Shown: positions 11,707-25,451 of the stretch, piece by piece
Layout: each line of letters opens with the position of its first letter
Numbering within the stretch: the stretch's first letter is position 1
Assembly: GCA_036785375.1 (NCBI GenBank)
Contig: JAWMAR010000635.1
Location: 682,001-746,000, forward strand
Length of the DNA stretch: 64,000 nt
From: Leucoraja ocellata
Taxonomy: Eukaryota
Reading direction: 5' to 3'
Notes under the pieces: generated by a model
The model's input: only the letters and a program-made list of their open reading frames with translations
Database searches by the model: none
What the model was told of the DNA's origin: nothing
Program-made: the position numbers and the translations under genes

Positions 11707-14700
11707 GTAAGTAACCTTGCTCCTTGCTTACCTTTTTTTCTCTCCCTACTCCGTCCTTCAGAAACTTTAAAGGCGGCTTGCAGCTGGCTCCCATACCTGC
11801 CTGCAGAGGGGTTTCTTTTTTTTAACTTACATTTCCATGTGTGTTTTGGAAAGAGAGAAAGAGTAGAGAAGTATTTCTAACCCTTTTTGTTTTGTACACA
11901 ATACGCTGCTTGTTTTCCAAATATTGCATTGTACTCTTTTGTCCCATCATCTGCTTCCTCTTTGTCTTTAGTCAAGTGTAGTATCCTAGGTATTTCGTGT
12001 CTCATCATGCAACGGATTTGTTTTTCATTTGTGTGGATACTTTCTTTTCTCCCCCAGATCTAGTGCAGATGTGTTAGTTTCGGTTTGCCTTCTTTTGGGA
12101 TATAATTTAGTTAATAAACGTGCTATTGTGCAGTTGGGTCCGTCTTGCATTGTGCTCACGCTTGTCTCTTCTTGAAACTTTAATATAAATAATGATTCAA
12201 TTAAAGGTATTTTAAAGTGCACGGTCATGTTGGTTGTAGTATTTGATCCTATCTCTTCCCCAACCCCCTCATCCCCCCCCCCCTCCCCCCCACATACACA
12301 TACATGGTCACAAGGCGGCTGTAACGATGGTCAGATATGGACAAAGAAGTTGTCGTCACAAGGTGTCCTTTGTCAACAATCCCCCCTTGTTCTGTTCTGT
12401 TCTAAAATCTCAGGGAATTAATCTTGTGTTCATAGTAATAACGCACGAAACTGCGACCTCGCTCTTGATTGTACTTAACGTGGAGGTGCGCTGTCAGATC
12501 GAATGGTCGGTCGGCTTTGCATTGGCAAGGATTGATTAACAGTAAACAACATATAATTGAAAGCTACGTTTGGAATGATGATGTGTGCGGGGAAAAAAGG
12601 TGCATTTTGTGTTAATGCAAGCAGGTTGTAGATTACTTGGAGAGGAGGGAGAGAAATGCATTGGCCTTACCGGGAAAGTGAAATCAACTTTCTGAAAGTG
12701 GATTTTGCAGCATCGCGAATCTTGGAAACGTAGTTTTGTGGTTTCATTAAAACAACCCCAAAACGGTTGTTGTCGGTGCTGCCCGTCTTTATTTGCGCAC
12801 TGCTTTCTTTACTTTGAGCTTGGTGGAGATCTGACTATGTTCTCCCGTGACTCTGGCCTTTTTAGAATTTGCCTTTAATTGTTTACAGACAATTCAAAGT
12901 CGCTGGCATCCCCGCGTGTCTTGTACATTGTTCCCGAAATTGATGTTTACCCAGCCAGCTGCTGGATGCCTGAAACACAGGCGCAGCAACGGAAGGATCG
13001 CCTTGCTAATGTTTTCCTGAAGGTTCACCCTCCCCCCCCCCCCCCTTCAAACGCCAGACCCCGGCTGAAAGTGAACTGGTAAGCACTTCAAGGCAGATTG
13101 TTTTCTTTCAAAAAGGCGAAGTTTCAGGATAGTGAGGGGTGTTGAATGGTGTTGGCAGTGATCAGACAGTGCGCATGGGCACCGGCAGACAGGTGTGCTG
13201 TGTCTAGGGCAGGTGCAGCGTCTTATAAGGGCTCAGCCGCGTCTCGCCTTATGAAGAGAGCCTGCCATCAGATCCCAATGAAAATCACGATATATCAAAT
13301 TGAACGCTCTCCAGAGACTAAACAGTTTATTCTCTCCAAACAAAAGGTATTGTCCATTGCTGGTACGTGTATTTTTTTTTTTGTTTACAAAATTATAATA
13401 TGAAGAATTATAGAATGTGCAAAAGCTTGTTTTCTGATCACGATAAAGGCTCCGTTTAAAAGGAATGAATTAATCTGGGAATCGTGCTGTCCACAGCAAT
13501 CCGGTCTAACCGCAGCGCGGCCAGGATCACACTTCACTTAAAATCCCCATTAAAACTTTAGAAAGATTGATGCTTGGAAGTCGGTTGAAGTATCAATTTG
13601 TATCTGTAGAAATAATTCAGATTAATAACTGAGCTGCAACGGCGTTTTCCTCGATAACATCTTTCCAGTCCCTTAGTGTCCATAAAGTTTAATTTCCCGA
13701 AGTACTTCCCCTGTACCAATTATTGGTAAATAAAGTTTATTTAAAATATCCATAATATACTAACCCTGCATATATAGGAAAACACAAAACTGAATATACC
13801 TAATATACCTAGGAAACCTACATATAGTGAGGTTATAAAGTCAGTCATCTGTGATTATTCAAGGTATATTTTCCTTTCCAGCAGATTATTCAAGTTGTTT
13901 TAGCTCTAGCCCATATACTTGATTAGATACCTTGTGGCAATGCAGGTGTGCAGACTGTTATGCACTGGATTCAGCTTTCTAGAAGAAAACTAGGCAGATA
14001 ACTCTCCTTGAAAGATTCGGCTTCGCTATGTTTTAATTAACGTTACATGAGAGTGACAGAAATTGCTTGAGAATTGTTGGATGGATTAAAGATAAAGTTA
14101 TTAATTGTGCATTTCATTCTGGTATAGAATGGGAACCTTTTAACAATTAGGTGTGCATCAATATTTTTATGCATGGCTGTATTGTGAGAAATTAAAAAGG
14201 AGTTATCTTACAACTATAAAATTGTTCTTTAAAGAGTGCTGTCTATCCATGCATAGTCCTGTTAATCAACTCTGAGGCATCAACATCCACTTAAACCAAT
14301 TTCTCCGTTTTCCCTTTTTCCATTCTTTCCACACCCCCGACAGCTAAACAGCAACTGTTGTCTTGATTGTAAATGCAGCTTAATAAACAGTTGCATTAAC
14401 GCAGACATTTCCTGAAACCGCAGGTGAATTAACATGTAGAGGAAGATGGCTCTTGCTTCGGGTAACCAGTCGCCTAACTCCCAAAGAAAATAACTCTTGA
14501 GAATGTGTTCATCCAATTGATTATGAGCTGAACATCTATTTTTGTTTACCTAAGAGAATAATTTATGTTTAAATGCATCTCATACAGTCAGTCGTTTCCC
14601 TCTTCACAATATTCCACATATGCAACACCGACACTTAAAAAATAATAATATATTGATGACATCTGTTAACTCTCTTAATTTATGAACCATATTTATTGGT

Positions 14701-15776
14701 GAGATTTAAAATTACCTTTAACTAGTAAAGACATGGATGGAATTTAAAAATACTTTGGCTTTTTACTGTTGAGGTCTTTAAAGATAAATATAGAAATTTG
14801 CTCTTGGAAGAGTAAGAAATGAACACATTTGATTTTGCAAGTTTGAATGCCTGCCTAGCTGCCATAAATGTTTAAACTTATCGCAGGCAACAGCTTGATT
14901 AACCAGGAGGACTAAATTCTCACAACTGTGTTACCTTAAGTATTACATTTTGCTCCAGTCTCATATTAATTATGAATTATGATGAACACATTGCAAGCCT
15001 AAATATCAAATCTTTCTGGAGGGAAGCAGGCTGTTTTTATTTAAAATCGTGACAATCCATTTCCAAATATCTGCAGGTTGAAAGTTGCTTAGTCGAAGCT
15101 TGTTTCTGTAGAGATAATCACTCACTGGTGCTGTGGAATATGTGGATGTTTTTACAGGTGAGTTGAAAGGGACGGAGCAAATCCAAAATGTCTGCATGCT
15201 GCCTTTGGCAAGCAGCCGTGCTATTGTGGAGATGAGTGCTGTTGAGCTGATGCAAAAGTTTCACATAGAGTAAATCTAGCATGAAAAATATTTTGTGATT
15301 TTCTGTTTATGTAGGTTAAAAACTTAAACCCTTGTTTCAGCACATGTAACATCCATGGGATTACATCTATGTGAGTTAACCAGGCATGGAGCACTTCTAA
15401 GTTCATTAGTGTATTTTTGATCTTGGGAAATTGGGAGTTCTGACATAAAAGAAAATACATTCCCTTTCTTTCCCACGCTTGTGCTTCATGTTTTCTTGCT
15501 TTGTCTAATTAATTTCTAATGTGATTTTTGAGGCTATAAAGGAATTCTCACATACATTGCAGCTGAACCTCTCGGTACATATTATATAACAACATTTCCT
15601 TTGATTAGTACGCTCATTGTTGTATACAAAGTTTTTAACTGATGACCTTTGATTAGTTAAATATTACCAAAACATTTGAAAAGTGATGTAAATATTTAGT
15701 AATGTCATTGTCAATGGTGTTTTCTTTTAATGTACAGCATGAATCTGGAAGCAATTTCTTATCACTATAGCATTCG

Positions 15777-15862
15777 AAAACCTCTTGCCAACAATTAACT
15801 ATATATAGGTTTAAAAAGAAAAACCTTTTGCCAACAATTAACTATATATAGGTTTAAAAAGA
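15777..15862. repeat. 43-bp tandem duplication (2 copies, 1 mismatch)
   Basis: aaaacct(c/t)ttgccaacaattaactatatataggtttaaaaaga at 15777-15819 and 15820-15862. Confidence 0.95.
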
Positions 15863-16500
15863 ATAAGTGGACGGCGTAAATCTATATTTAGGTTTACTCT
15901 GCTGTCTTTCATTTTGTGCAGACGGGAATGTCATATCTCGTGGCATTCTTTGAATGAAGTGCAGAAGAAATGAATACAATTTAGAAAGTCCATGTGCATA
16001 GAACTAAATTAACAAAGCTAAATCTGAACAGATTACACAAATTGGTCGGCATGGCTTTTTCAGTAAATGACTTTTGCATCAAACTATAATGATGCAAAAT
16101 AGAAATGCATAAAACACGAGTGTTTTATAACTATATTGATTTGTTCTTGAATTATTTTCAGATTTATGTATGACTTAATCAAAATATTTGTCTGCATGTT
16201 TTTTTTTACACTTTTCCCCTTAAGGTAAATGATAACATTTAACATCTTTGTACATTAGTTATATTATTGATGCTCAAGGAGCTTTGCTTTGTAAAAAAAA
16301 AATGCTTAATCTATCCCAAACCATGTGAAAAGGAATATTTGTAAAAATCATTTTGCATCAAATGCATAATGAACTGTGATAAATTTAATGTCCCATAACC
16401 CCCTTTACCAGCACTTGCCTATTTTATGCAGATTTGAGGTCAGGAAATTTAGAGAAAATTAAAGAAAATGATTCATCGGTCCTTTTGTTCTATTGGCTAG

Positions 16501-16567
16501 GGTCCCGGGATTCTCGAGCAGTGCCCAGCTGACAAGCCTTTGAAGATGGCACAATAACAAACCAGTG
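16501..16567 (+). other. prox1: prox1 exon 2, 5'UTR part (67 nt), containing a 3-codon uORF
   Basis: Acceptor ccttttgttctattggctAG (16499-16500). ggtcccgggattctcgagcagtgcccagctgac closely matches my recollection of the tetrapod PROX1 5'UTR. ATG GCA CAA TAA at 16546-16557. Confidence 0.85.
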
Positions 16568-18280
16568 ATGCCTGACCATGACAGCATAGCCCTCCTAACC
16601 AGACATACTAAGAGACGAAGAGTCGACATTGGAGTGAAGAGAACTGTAGGGACAACTACGGTGTTAACTAAAGCAAAAGGGAAGCTATATAGTGTCATGA
16701 ATTCCCAAAGTTCAGATCAGGACATTGAGTGCTCAGTGGTTCAGCATACAGATGTGGACAAATCAAACGTGCTCCGCAAGCTGCTGAAGAGGGCAAACTC
16801 TTATGAAGATGCCATGATGCCTTTTCCTGGAGCTACCATAATTTCCCAGCTACTGAAAAACAATGCAACTAAGAACGGAAGCACAGAGCTCAATTTGCAA
16901 ACCAGTGGTCTCTCCAGCACGGGGTCAGAGGCAAATCAGGAGGATGCTTGCAGCAACTCTTCAAGGGAAAGTGGCCAGGAATGCCTGTCACCATTTAGCA
17001 GGCCTAACATGAGTCAGTTCGACGTGGATCGGCTTTGTGATGAACATTTGCGGGCCAAACGTGCACGAGTTGAAAACATAATTCGAGGCATGAGCCATTC
17101 GCCGAACGTGGCACTGCGGGGTGGAGAGAATGATCGAGATGGGGTACAGCAGCCTGTGAGTCCCCGAGAAAGTTACAGGGAAAACAAACGCAAGCAGAAG
17201 CTCCCCCAGCAGCAGCAACAGAGTTTTCAGCAACTGGTTACAGCACGGAAAGAGCAAAAGCGAGAAGAACGGCGGCAATTGAAGCAACAACTGGAAGACA
17301 TGCAGAAGCAACTGCGCCAGCTCCAGGAAAAGTTCTACCAAATATATGACAGTACGGACTCTGAGAACGATGAGGATGGCAATCTTTCTGAAGATAGCTT
17401 GCAGTCTGAAACCACTGATACCAGAGCACGAGCCCGTTCCGACCATGAGGTATCAGAGTTGGATCCAGGACACTTCCTTGATCGTGCTCGAGCTCTTATT
17501 AGGGAGCAGGAAATGGCGGCAGAAAATGAGAAACTGAAGAGAGATGGCCGCTCCAGGAAAAGCCAAGGCCTAACCACCTTGCATGCTGAAGGAAAACAGC
17601 TAGCTGAGACGCTCAAACAGGAACTCAATTCCACCATGTCACAAGTAGTGGACTCTGTCGTCAAAATGTTCTCTAAATCCTCCCACCAGCTTCCTCAGGT
17701 CTTCCCCCCTATCCAGATTCCACAGGCGAGATTTGCCATGAATGGAGAAAACCACAACTTCCACACAACAAATCAACGACTTCAATGCTTTGGCGACGTT
17801 ATCATTTCGAACCCGTTGAATACTTTTGCCAACATGCACGTGTCTAATTCCTCGGACCAGACGGAAGCACTGCCTCTCGTAGTACGCAAAAACTCCTCCG
17901 AGCCATCTGCGTCCACCCCGTCCATGGGAGGCCACCACGTTTCTCATCATCAGTCCCCGCTCTCAGCCGCAGCAGGGTTTTCATCCCCTGCCTTTCGCCA
18001 TCCGCTGCCTCTTCCTCTCATGGCCTATTCCTTTCAGAGTTCGATAGGCAACGCCTCCAGTGCAGTATCTGGGAAAGACAGGTCATCTCCCGAGTCCTTG
18101 GACCTGACCAGGGAAACTGCCTGTCTGCGGACCAAAGTATCATCACACCACATGAACCATCGTCCCTGCTCACCAATCCATCCATCCAGCACAGCGGAAG
18201 GTCTCTCGTTATCTCTCATTAAATCTGAGTGTAGTGACTTGCAAGACATGGCGGACATTTCACCATACTCTGGAAATACA
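16568..18280 (+). CDS. prox1: Prospero homeobox protein 1, first coding exon (571 codons)
   Basis: MPDHDSIALLTRHTKRRRVDIGVKRTVG, LRKLLKRANSYEDAMMPFPGATIISQLL (NR boxes), EHLRAKRARVENIIRGMS, coiled coil LKQQLEDMQKQLRQLQEKF, QTEALPLVVRK and LSLSLIKSE. The true start is ATG 16568 (the ORF track starts at an upstream GTG). The exon ends phase 0 at the U12 donor ATATCCTTT. Confidence 0.98.
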
Positions 18281-21200
18281 ATATCCTTTACTGATTATTC
18301 TTTTGTGTCTTAAATAGGTATATGCAACTAAAAAGTGTTCCAAGTTTTCACCCATATTGTCCCCATGGCATCTCATTAGAATGCAGTTGAACTTTAAGCA
18401 AGGGGTCCAGTCATTGATTTTTTTTTTACCGTTATTACCTGTTTTTGGATAACCCAGACACTGAAGATGCAACAAGTGCATCACCCCCACCCTTTACTGT
18501 TCTGCAAGTTCAGTGCAGCTGCCTGCTATGCATGATTAACCTCTGTTCAGCTGTACACAGAAATCTTTTGTCCTTGTATATACAAAGCAAATGATTTTAA
18601 AAGCTTGTGAGCACAATCAGAGTGGGCTCAGCTAAACTGAACTTCTTTCACAAGGTTTACTGTACTTTTTTTCCCTTTTTCAAACAGATAACTCTCAAAA
18701 ATATTTCATGCAGTATCAAAATGGTGCATCAACAGCAATTTTTCCTATTTCAGTGCCAGTTCGCAAAACAGCTTTTCCTTTTCTTTTATCCTATCACTTT
18801 GTTGAAGTAATAGAGCTTCTATTTTTACTATAAAGATTTGTTGACAGGAGTCAGTAACATACGGCACCATTTATTGTTGCTTAGCAGCAGGCTGCGGTGT
18901 TTCGTGAATTAAATGGCCAGTTACATATTTCATAGGTGACGAAAATGCACTTTTTAAATTGCAACTATGAATTTATTACCTTACCTTGAAAGTTGCGTTA
19001 AGATACATATTGCTTGCCCTTTAATTTGGCCTACTCTATGCACAAATTTTGGACTGGAGTATGTTGTAGGAATTTTCAGGTATTTGGCTAAACTAATAGA
19101 GGATGCTCAGCCATTTCACTCCCATAGTAACAATTTATTGTCCTCAAAAAGAGAAATGACTTTTACTGTGTACTATTTTGTACTTATTGAACTAGAAAGA
19201 TTATAATTGTATTAAAACCCATTACGTCCAGCTGCACACAGTTGCATCTCAGTTACTTTAACTTAATGGCGAAATATTCTGCAAGCTCGTGAATAGAACG
19301 ATAGTAATTGGACCGGGGTTCTTTACTGCAACCCCTCCCCTAATTATCCCACCCCATCCCACCACCATCCCAACCCCTAATGTTAAAGGAAACAGTTGAA
19401 TGGCTATCTCAACATTTCAGCCTTGATCCTCCATGACACAACCCTCCTTTTGCATCTCAAGAAAATAACCTTGTAGAATACACAGCACATTGGAGCTGAG
19501 TTACTGCTTGGGGCAAGGCTAATGGACGAGTACATTCAATCTCCATGGAGCTAACAAAAAAATAAGATGACACCTAGAGTTATAAACTAAAATATAATAA
19601 ATAGGAACCAGGTGGAGTGAAACTACAATCAAGTTCTAATGCTTTCAAACATTGGTCCCGTGCCCAAATATTTAATTGCGAGTAATCTGGTAACTAAGAT
19701 TACGTTACATATGATATGGAATAATGCAGAAGATGATAACTTGAACAAGATGGAATTTAGAAATTGTACTTAAAATTCTGCAATTATCTACTCGATCACA
19801 AATTTTGTAATAATTATTTTCTGGCAGCAATAGGCATACAGTGATACATAAAGCAAATGCTGCTTTGATTATTTATTTTTAAACAAAACTTTATTGTCCA
19901 TGTCAAGGATGGATTTAAAAAGTCTCGGGCTGAATTGGAAAAATGGCAATGTTCCAGTTACACTGCTGCTGCCTTTAATCCAATTGTACAATTTTACATT
20001 GTCCTGCACTGACATAACTCATCTGCCTCTCAGGTAATTCTACATATTTGCCTTGTAAAAACTCTGTATGCAGCCTACACACAAACTCGTGTGGTGTTTG
20101 AATACTGCTTTAGGTTCAGCTGCAGTGCAGTATTTCTCTGATCTTTTATTTTCCTGAGCAGATGTCTTTCATTAATTTATGGATTTATCATCTTTTCTTT
20201 TTTTTACACCTGGCAGCTGGCTCAAGTTTCAGCAGTTATTGTCTATTTTGCATGACATGTAGAATTGAATGTCATCTGTCTTAACAAAGCTGAAGCTAAA
20301 AGAATGAGGTGAGCCACATGAGCTGCTGGGACAGAGCTGTACGTTTTCTTACCTCCTTAATATTTATTTGTGCTCATTTCTTCTGGCCTTGAATGGGCTG
20401 TGCTAACATTCTGTGCAGCTGTATGTTTACAAAATCTATTCCAACATGAGTCATTGTGCGTGTGTAAGTATCCTAGAAACAGCCAGAGCTTTCTTGAGAG
20501 AACAGTTGCTTTTAGCGTAAGCACTTAAAAGGGAAAATGGTCAGTTCTGCTTTACATTATTGTGAGAAGCAGTGACATCAATTTTGGTGTAGCATGATTT
20601 TAAGCTGCTTTTTGTAGTTCATATTAGAAGCAAGTTAGGCAAAGTAGCAGTTACCCAACATTGTTTAAAAAAATGAAGTATTTCATTTATACGATGTATT
20701 TATTAATTATTAAGGTTGTTTTAAAAACTCTCAAAAATGCCGTGATTTAATTTTCTTTTCCGTTTGCATTTAATATGATTTGATAATCATATGTCCTAGC
20801 ATTTAAAGAACGAACATATAAATTTGCAATTTTGTCAAATGTAATTTTTACAAATGTACTACGCTGATTCCAAATCCTATAAAATGACTGAGGAAATCAA
20901 AATGAAATAACATATCACCAGCTGTTCATATCCTCAATCTTTACGTTGCTTTGTGTTGTTTACCATTTTTTCCCCCTTCTCTGTCACCTCTAAAAATAAT
21001 TATTCATTTTGAGGTATAGTACCAAGGACAATAATGGTGCTATGGAAACTAACCATTCTTCTTGAACCAGCTTGAGTAATATGTGCAGGCATGTTATTTC
21101 ATGATCATTGCAGAACCCTATGCCGTCTTCATTTAACAATCATGCATATTTTTTTTGCTGCAGGCGGCAAATTTGCTTGATTTGTTTTCTCCCTTGGCTT

Positions 21201-24200
21201 GGAGCACTGAGACCAATGGTGGTATTTCAACTGCCAACATAACTCTAACCAGATAATTTCAAGAGGGACCTGGGATTAAATTTGGAGTCCAGCTGGGATG
21301 ACTCAATAACAATGGTGTACATTTGGTAGCTCAAGCATTGGGCGCTCCCTCTTTGACATTTCTTTTCCACAAAGTGAGATTGGGCAGGTGATTCAATTTA
21401 AAAATAACACACATGCGGTCCTAAATGTTCGTTCATGTTTAATTAATAAAATTAATGTTTAATGTAGCTCTTTAATGTCAGAGTTGATGTTCTGTATTGT
21501 GCTGCAGTCATGTCAGTTATTGCTGTGATATTTTGCAGAATAGAAAATATAATACAGTTTATTCTAACTTTCTTTTAAGATAAGAGGAAAGTATGTCTAG
21601 AATGAAATAAGATAGAAATAAACAATTTATTTCTACACCAGATATAATTAGAATATATATATATTTTAAACAATTGTGCAAGGATATTAAACTATGGAAT
21701 GTTAATCTTATTAAAGGGTGATTATAATTAGTTATGTGAATTATTAGTGCAAGGTTGAACAAATATTCTTTTTACCACCTCTGTCCACAAATTGGAAATA
21801 AATGTTAAGTATAAAGTTTTAAGTAATTGCAAACGCTCTGTGTACTACATGGTGATTGGGCACATCCACCATGGATCAGCACTACCAAGAACTGCAGATA
21901 TTAAATTGAGCTGTCCTGGCTCTTTAAATGCCTTTTCAGCAAGCACAGCTCCCCACATAGAATGATCTCTGAAATGCTGGTTAGACACAAATAATGAAAG
22001 CACAGCACTTGATACCATTTACTTTCAAACGATGCTCCTCATCTGTTTTTGTTGTCTTTTAAACAAGGGGGTCCAATGATAATATTAAGAGATTAGAATT
22101 TAAGCAGTGAATGCATTGTAGCAGGAGGATGTTGACAAGCTGCAAAGATGCATCCCCTTGCTGAACAGCTTTGAAATAAGTCGTAGGCAGTCTGTGTAGA
22201 AATAGTAAAGTGGGTGCACTTCATTTTGAAATTCCTGAGAAGACAGATTAACATTTTCCTTATCCATTGCAGGCAATATAAAAACATATGTTCCTGTTGA
22301 CACAATGACGTAAATATATAGAGAATAACTTTTGTTACTGTAAAAATTTACATCATGGTCCATTTGTTTGAAGTGGATAAGAAGGATAAAACGCACAGGA
22401 TCAAATTAAGTTTGAATGTTTTATATTTTAAATGTAGACAAAAGGGGCTATAGATAATGAAATCTGGAAAAAACAAATTAAATAAATGTACTATAATGGA
22501 TAATATTTGAATAAACATTTAACTTCGTGTCAATGTTTTATTTAAAATCATTCCTTGAATGAATAACAGAGCAGATATATTTCTGCTATAGAATTCTTGG
22601 AAGAACACAGTAAACATATCAGCTGATCTAACAAATAACACATGACAAATTAAAGTGAGTCATTTTTCTCCATTAGCTTTAAATTTTCTTATAAATTCAC
22701 AAAACATTAAACAGATTAACGGAGTTCATATAATCCAATAAATCTTTAAAGTTCATTTAGTTATTTTGATTAAATGCTAATAAATTAATAATTCTTCAGG
22801 TAGTGAAATTCTTCTTCTGAAGGTGTGCACTGTTAATTGCCATAAACCAACCCCATCCAACCCTCTGAACCCTAAAGAAGAAGGGATCCGCAATAAACAA
22901 TATTTTCTGTTGTTGGTCAGACTGATTTTCAATCATTTTTAATACATCCAGGAATTGAAGATGCAGAAACACATTATTTGTGTACTCCCTTGTTTCATTC
23001 CTTCTGAAAATGAAAGTGTTCTTAGCCCAAGAACACAATTCATATCCTTGTGCAGGTATTTGGCATAGATATAACTTGCTGGGGCATAGATAAATTAATT
23101 ACATTCTTGTGAAGTTTAATATTGATGTATAAACCTGGGGGGTGGTTTTCACAGGAATCTGAGATGTATGACATTTAGAACCAGTAAGTGGGAGCAAAAA
23201 TGACATTGAAAGTTGATAAATATGGGAATGATCTCTACCATATCAGGGCTGGAGGCCAAAAATTCCTCGTGAAGTTTGCGAGAAAACATTTTCTCCACCT
23301 TTCCCAGAGGATTCCACAGTAGTGACTTTTTCTACACTTATTTTGGTCTCTAGTGGCAAGTCCACGACCCCACCTATTGTTCTGTTGTCAAGGTTAACAG
23401 TGCGGGGTCATTAATAGAAATATGGCTGCCACGCTAGAGGCATGCTGCCTGAATGAAGGTAAATAAAGATAATGGGGTGGGGGAGGGGTTAGAGAGGCAT
23501 GCTACCCTTCCTCGTGCATCCTATTAATAGCCAAAGGTGAGTGGAGGCCAGGGATAACCTGCATCATTGTTTCCCATCTAACTGAGAATGTAAACAGTTA
23601 ATGCAAAACATTCTCATAAAGTATCTGGAGCAAATTCATCTGCCTTACACATTGCTCTTGTGGCTACCTGAACAGTGCTTGTTAGGTGATGAAAAGATTG
23701 GAGGCAGTTGATTTCTTCACCTGCGGTTGCTCTCAACAGATGTGGTCATTTAACAAATTGAAATAGACTAAGTGTTTTTGTAATAAACTTTTCTAAAATT
23801 GGATCTTGAACCACTCGCTAGTTGTAGGTTTGCACAATATATCCGTGTAAAATTGAGTTAATGCCACTTTCAACTCCATGGCGAGCAGTTTTACTTGGCT
23901 TTGCTACAGCATGAGGCCTCAAATTACATCTGCCCTTCCTTGAAACACCCACAGAGCAAGTTGCTGACATGGAATCTGCCCACCAAGTTAGTTAATACAT
24001 ATCCCTTCAAAACTTTTAATTTTGATATTAACTTTAGTAATTTAGTCAATAACAGATTTGTGACTAAATGAAGTTTAGCTTGCATGAAGTTGCTATTTAT
24101 AAAAGAACATTTTCTCATCTCGATATTTAATAAGGGTTAAATCTGAATAAAGCATGCTTTCTGAGCAATTAAGGATGAACAATAAATATCACATCACTGC

Positions 24201-24389
24201 ATCCCAAGAACAAATTCGAGTAAAATTGTGGACAAATATAGTAATAATCCAAGGTTTTTTGGGGAAATAAAAGCAAGATCAAGTCTGCAAACGCACTACT
24301 TTCTTAACAGCCATATTTTAATGTAGGCTGCTGTAATTTTCATGATAATAACGAATGTAGGAAAAACTGTTGTACTGAAGTACCTGAAG

Positions 24390-24680
24390 CAGTCGTAGAG
24401 CCAATGAGCTTAGAAGCAGGCCCTCAGCTCACCATGTCCATGTGACCATCAAGTGCCTACAGTTTGTATCTATACTAATCTCATTTACCAACACTTAGCT
24501 TGTAGCCTTCCATGCCTTGGTGATTCAGGTGCTTGGCCAGATACTTCATAAATGTTGCACAAATCTCCACCCCTACCACCCCTTCAGGCAGTGGGTTCCA
24601 GCTTCCAACCTCCCTTTAGTAGGTTGCTCAGTAAACATCTTATACCCTGCCTTGAAACTTGTCCCTGATGTTATCCACCT
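24390..24680 (-). mobile_element. Old degenerate CR1 3' fragment
   Basis: gaagcaggccctcagctcaccatgtcc..tactaatctcattt..ccaccccttcaggcagtgggttccag resembles the reverse complement of the CR1 3' ends elsewhere in the window. Confidence 0.55.
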
Positions 24681-25427
24681 CCATTTTCTTTTTATTTGAT
24701 TGTCATTTTATTAATTAGCTGGCCATCACATTTTATAAATTTCAATGGTAGATCAATTAAACCACATCATTTAGATGCAACGAGATAAAATATATATTAA
24801 TTTTATCTTCCAGGAGATTTTAGCCTGGTAAATGCAATGTAATCTTCTGTTTGCCAAAGTGCCACTGGCGTAACAGATGTAACCCTGTAAAATTGCTTTG
24901 TGCAATTCATGATCTTATGGGATTTTAGCCTTGTGGCAAATCTGTAATAATAATTTAGGCATTAATGATCATTGTTATTTTCCACCAGAAAATTTTGTTT
25001 TAGATGTGGGTTTTTTTTTTCTTCTGATGCATCATGAATGATTTAAAAATAATGTAGTAAGGAACGCTGGATAACAAAGTTTACCAGTTTTTAAAGTAGT
25101 TGAAAGAGAAGACCCATGCCCGCAACATAGAGAGCTGGTTGGGAATATAATTGAGAGGTTGAGATGCCATGATTAGAATGGTCTTGTATTTCCAAACCAG
25201 AGAGAGGGAGAGAGTGACAAATTATAGTTTAGTTAATTGTATGTTTTAACTAAGTGGATTCAACATAAACCATTATTACTTTATCAATTTAACTCTGTGC
25301 TAAATATACATTAGAGGGCATATTGTGAACTGTTCTTGATCTTAATTTTTTTTTAATGTAAAATTTAAACATTGATTCATGTTGGCGTGGACCTGCATAT
25401 TCCATTTATAATGAACAGGAAGATGCT

Positions 25428-25451
25428 ATATATATATATATATATATATAT
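25428..25451. repeat. (TA)n microsatellite
   Basis: About 12 TA units read directly. Confidence 0.95.

Noticed and set aside
16988-18258. Several minus-strand ORFs overlapping exon 2
   Set aside because: Antisense shadows of the prox1 coding sequence with no recognisable domains.
16565-18313. 582-aa ORF as a complete single-exon protein
   Set aside because: It starts at a GTG one codon before the real ATG and runs 10 codons into the U12 intron. The homeo-Prospero domain is in downstream exons.
18314-18325. ATAG|GTATAT as the donor of a nested U2 intron (Drosophila-style twintron)
   Set aside because: It lies after the in-frame stop at 18311-18313 and is a weak donor, so it cannot give a full-length alternative protein.
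21155-21350. Possible ancient SINE remnant (a similar one at ~860-960)
   Set aside because: Too degenerate to assign a family or boundaries without a library search.
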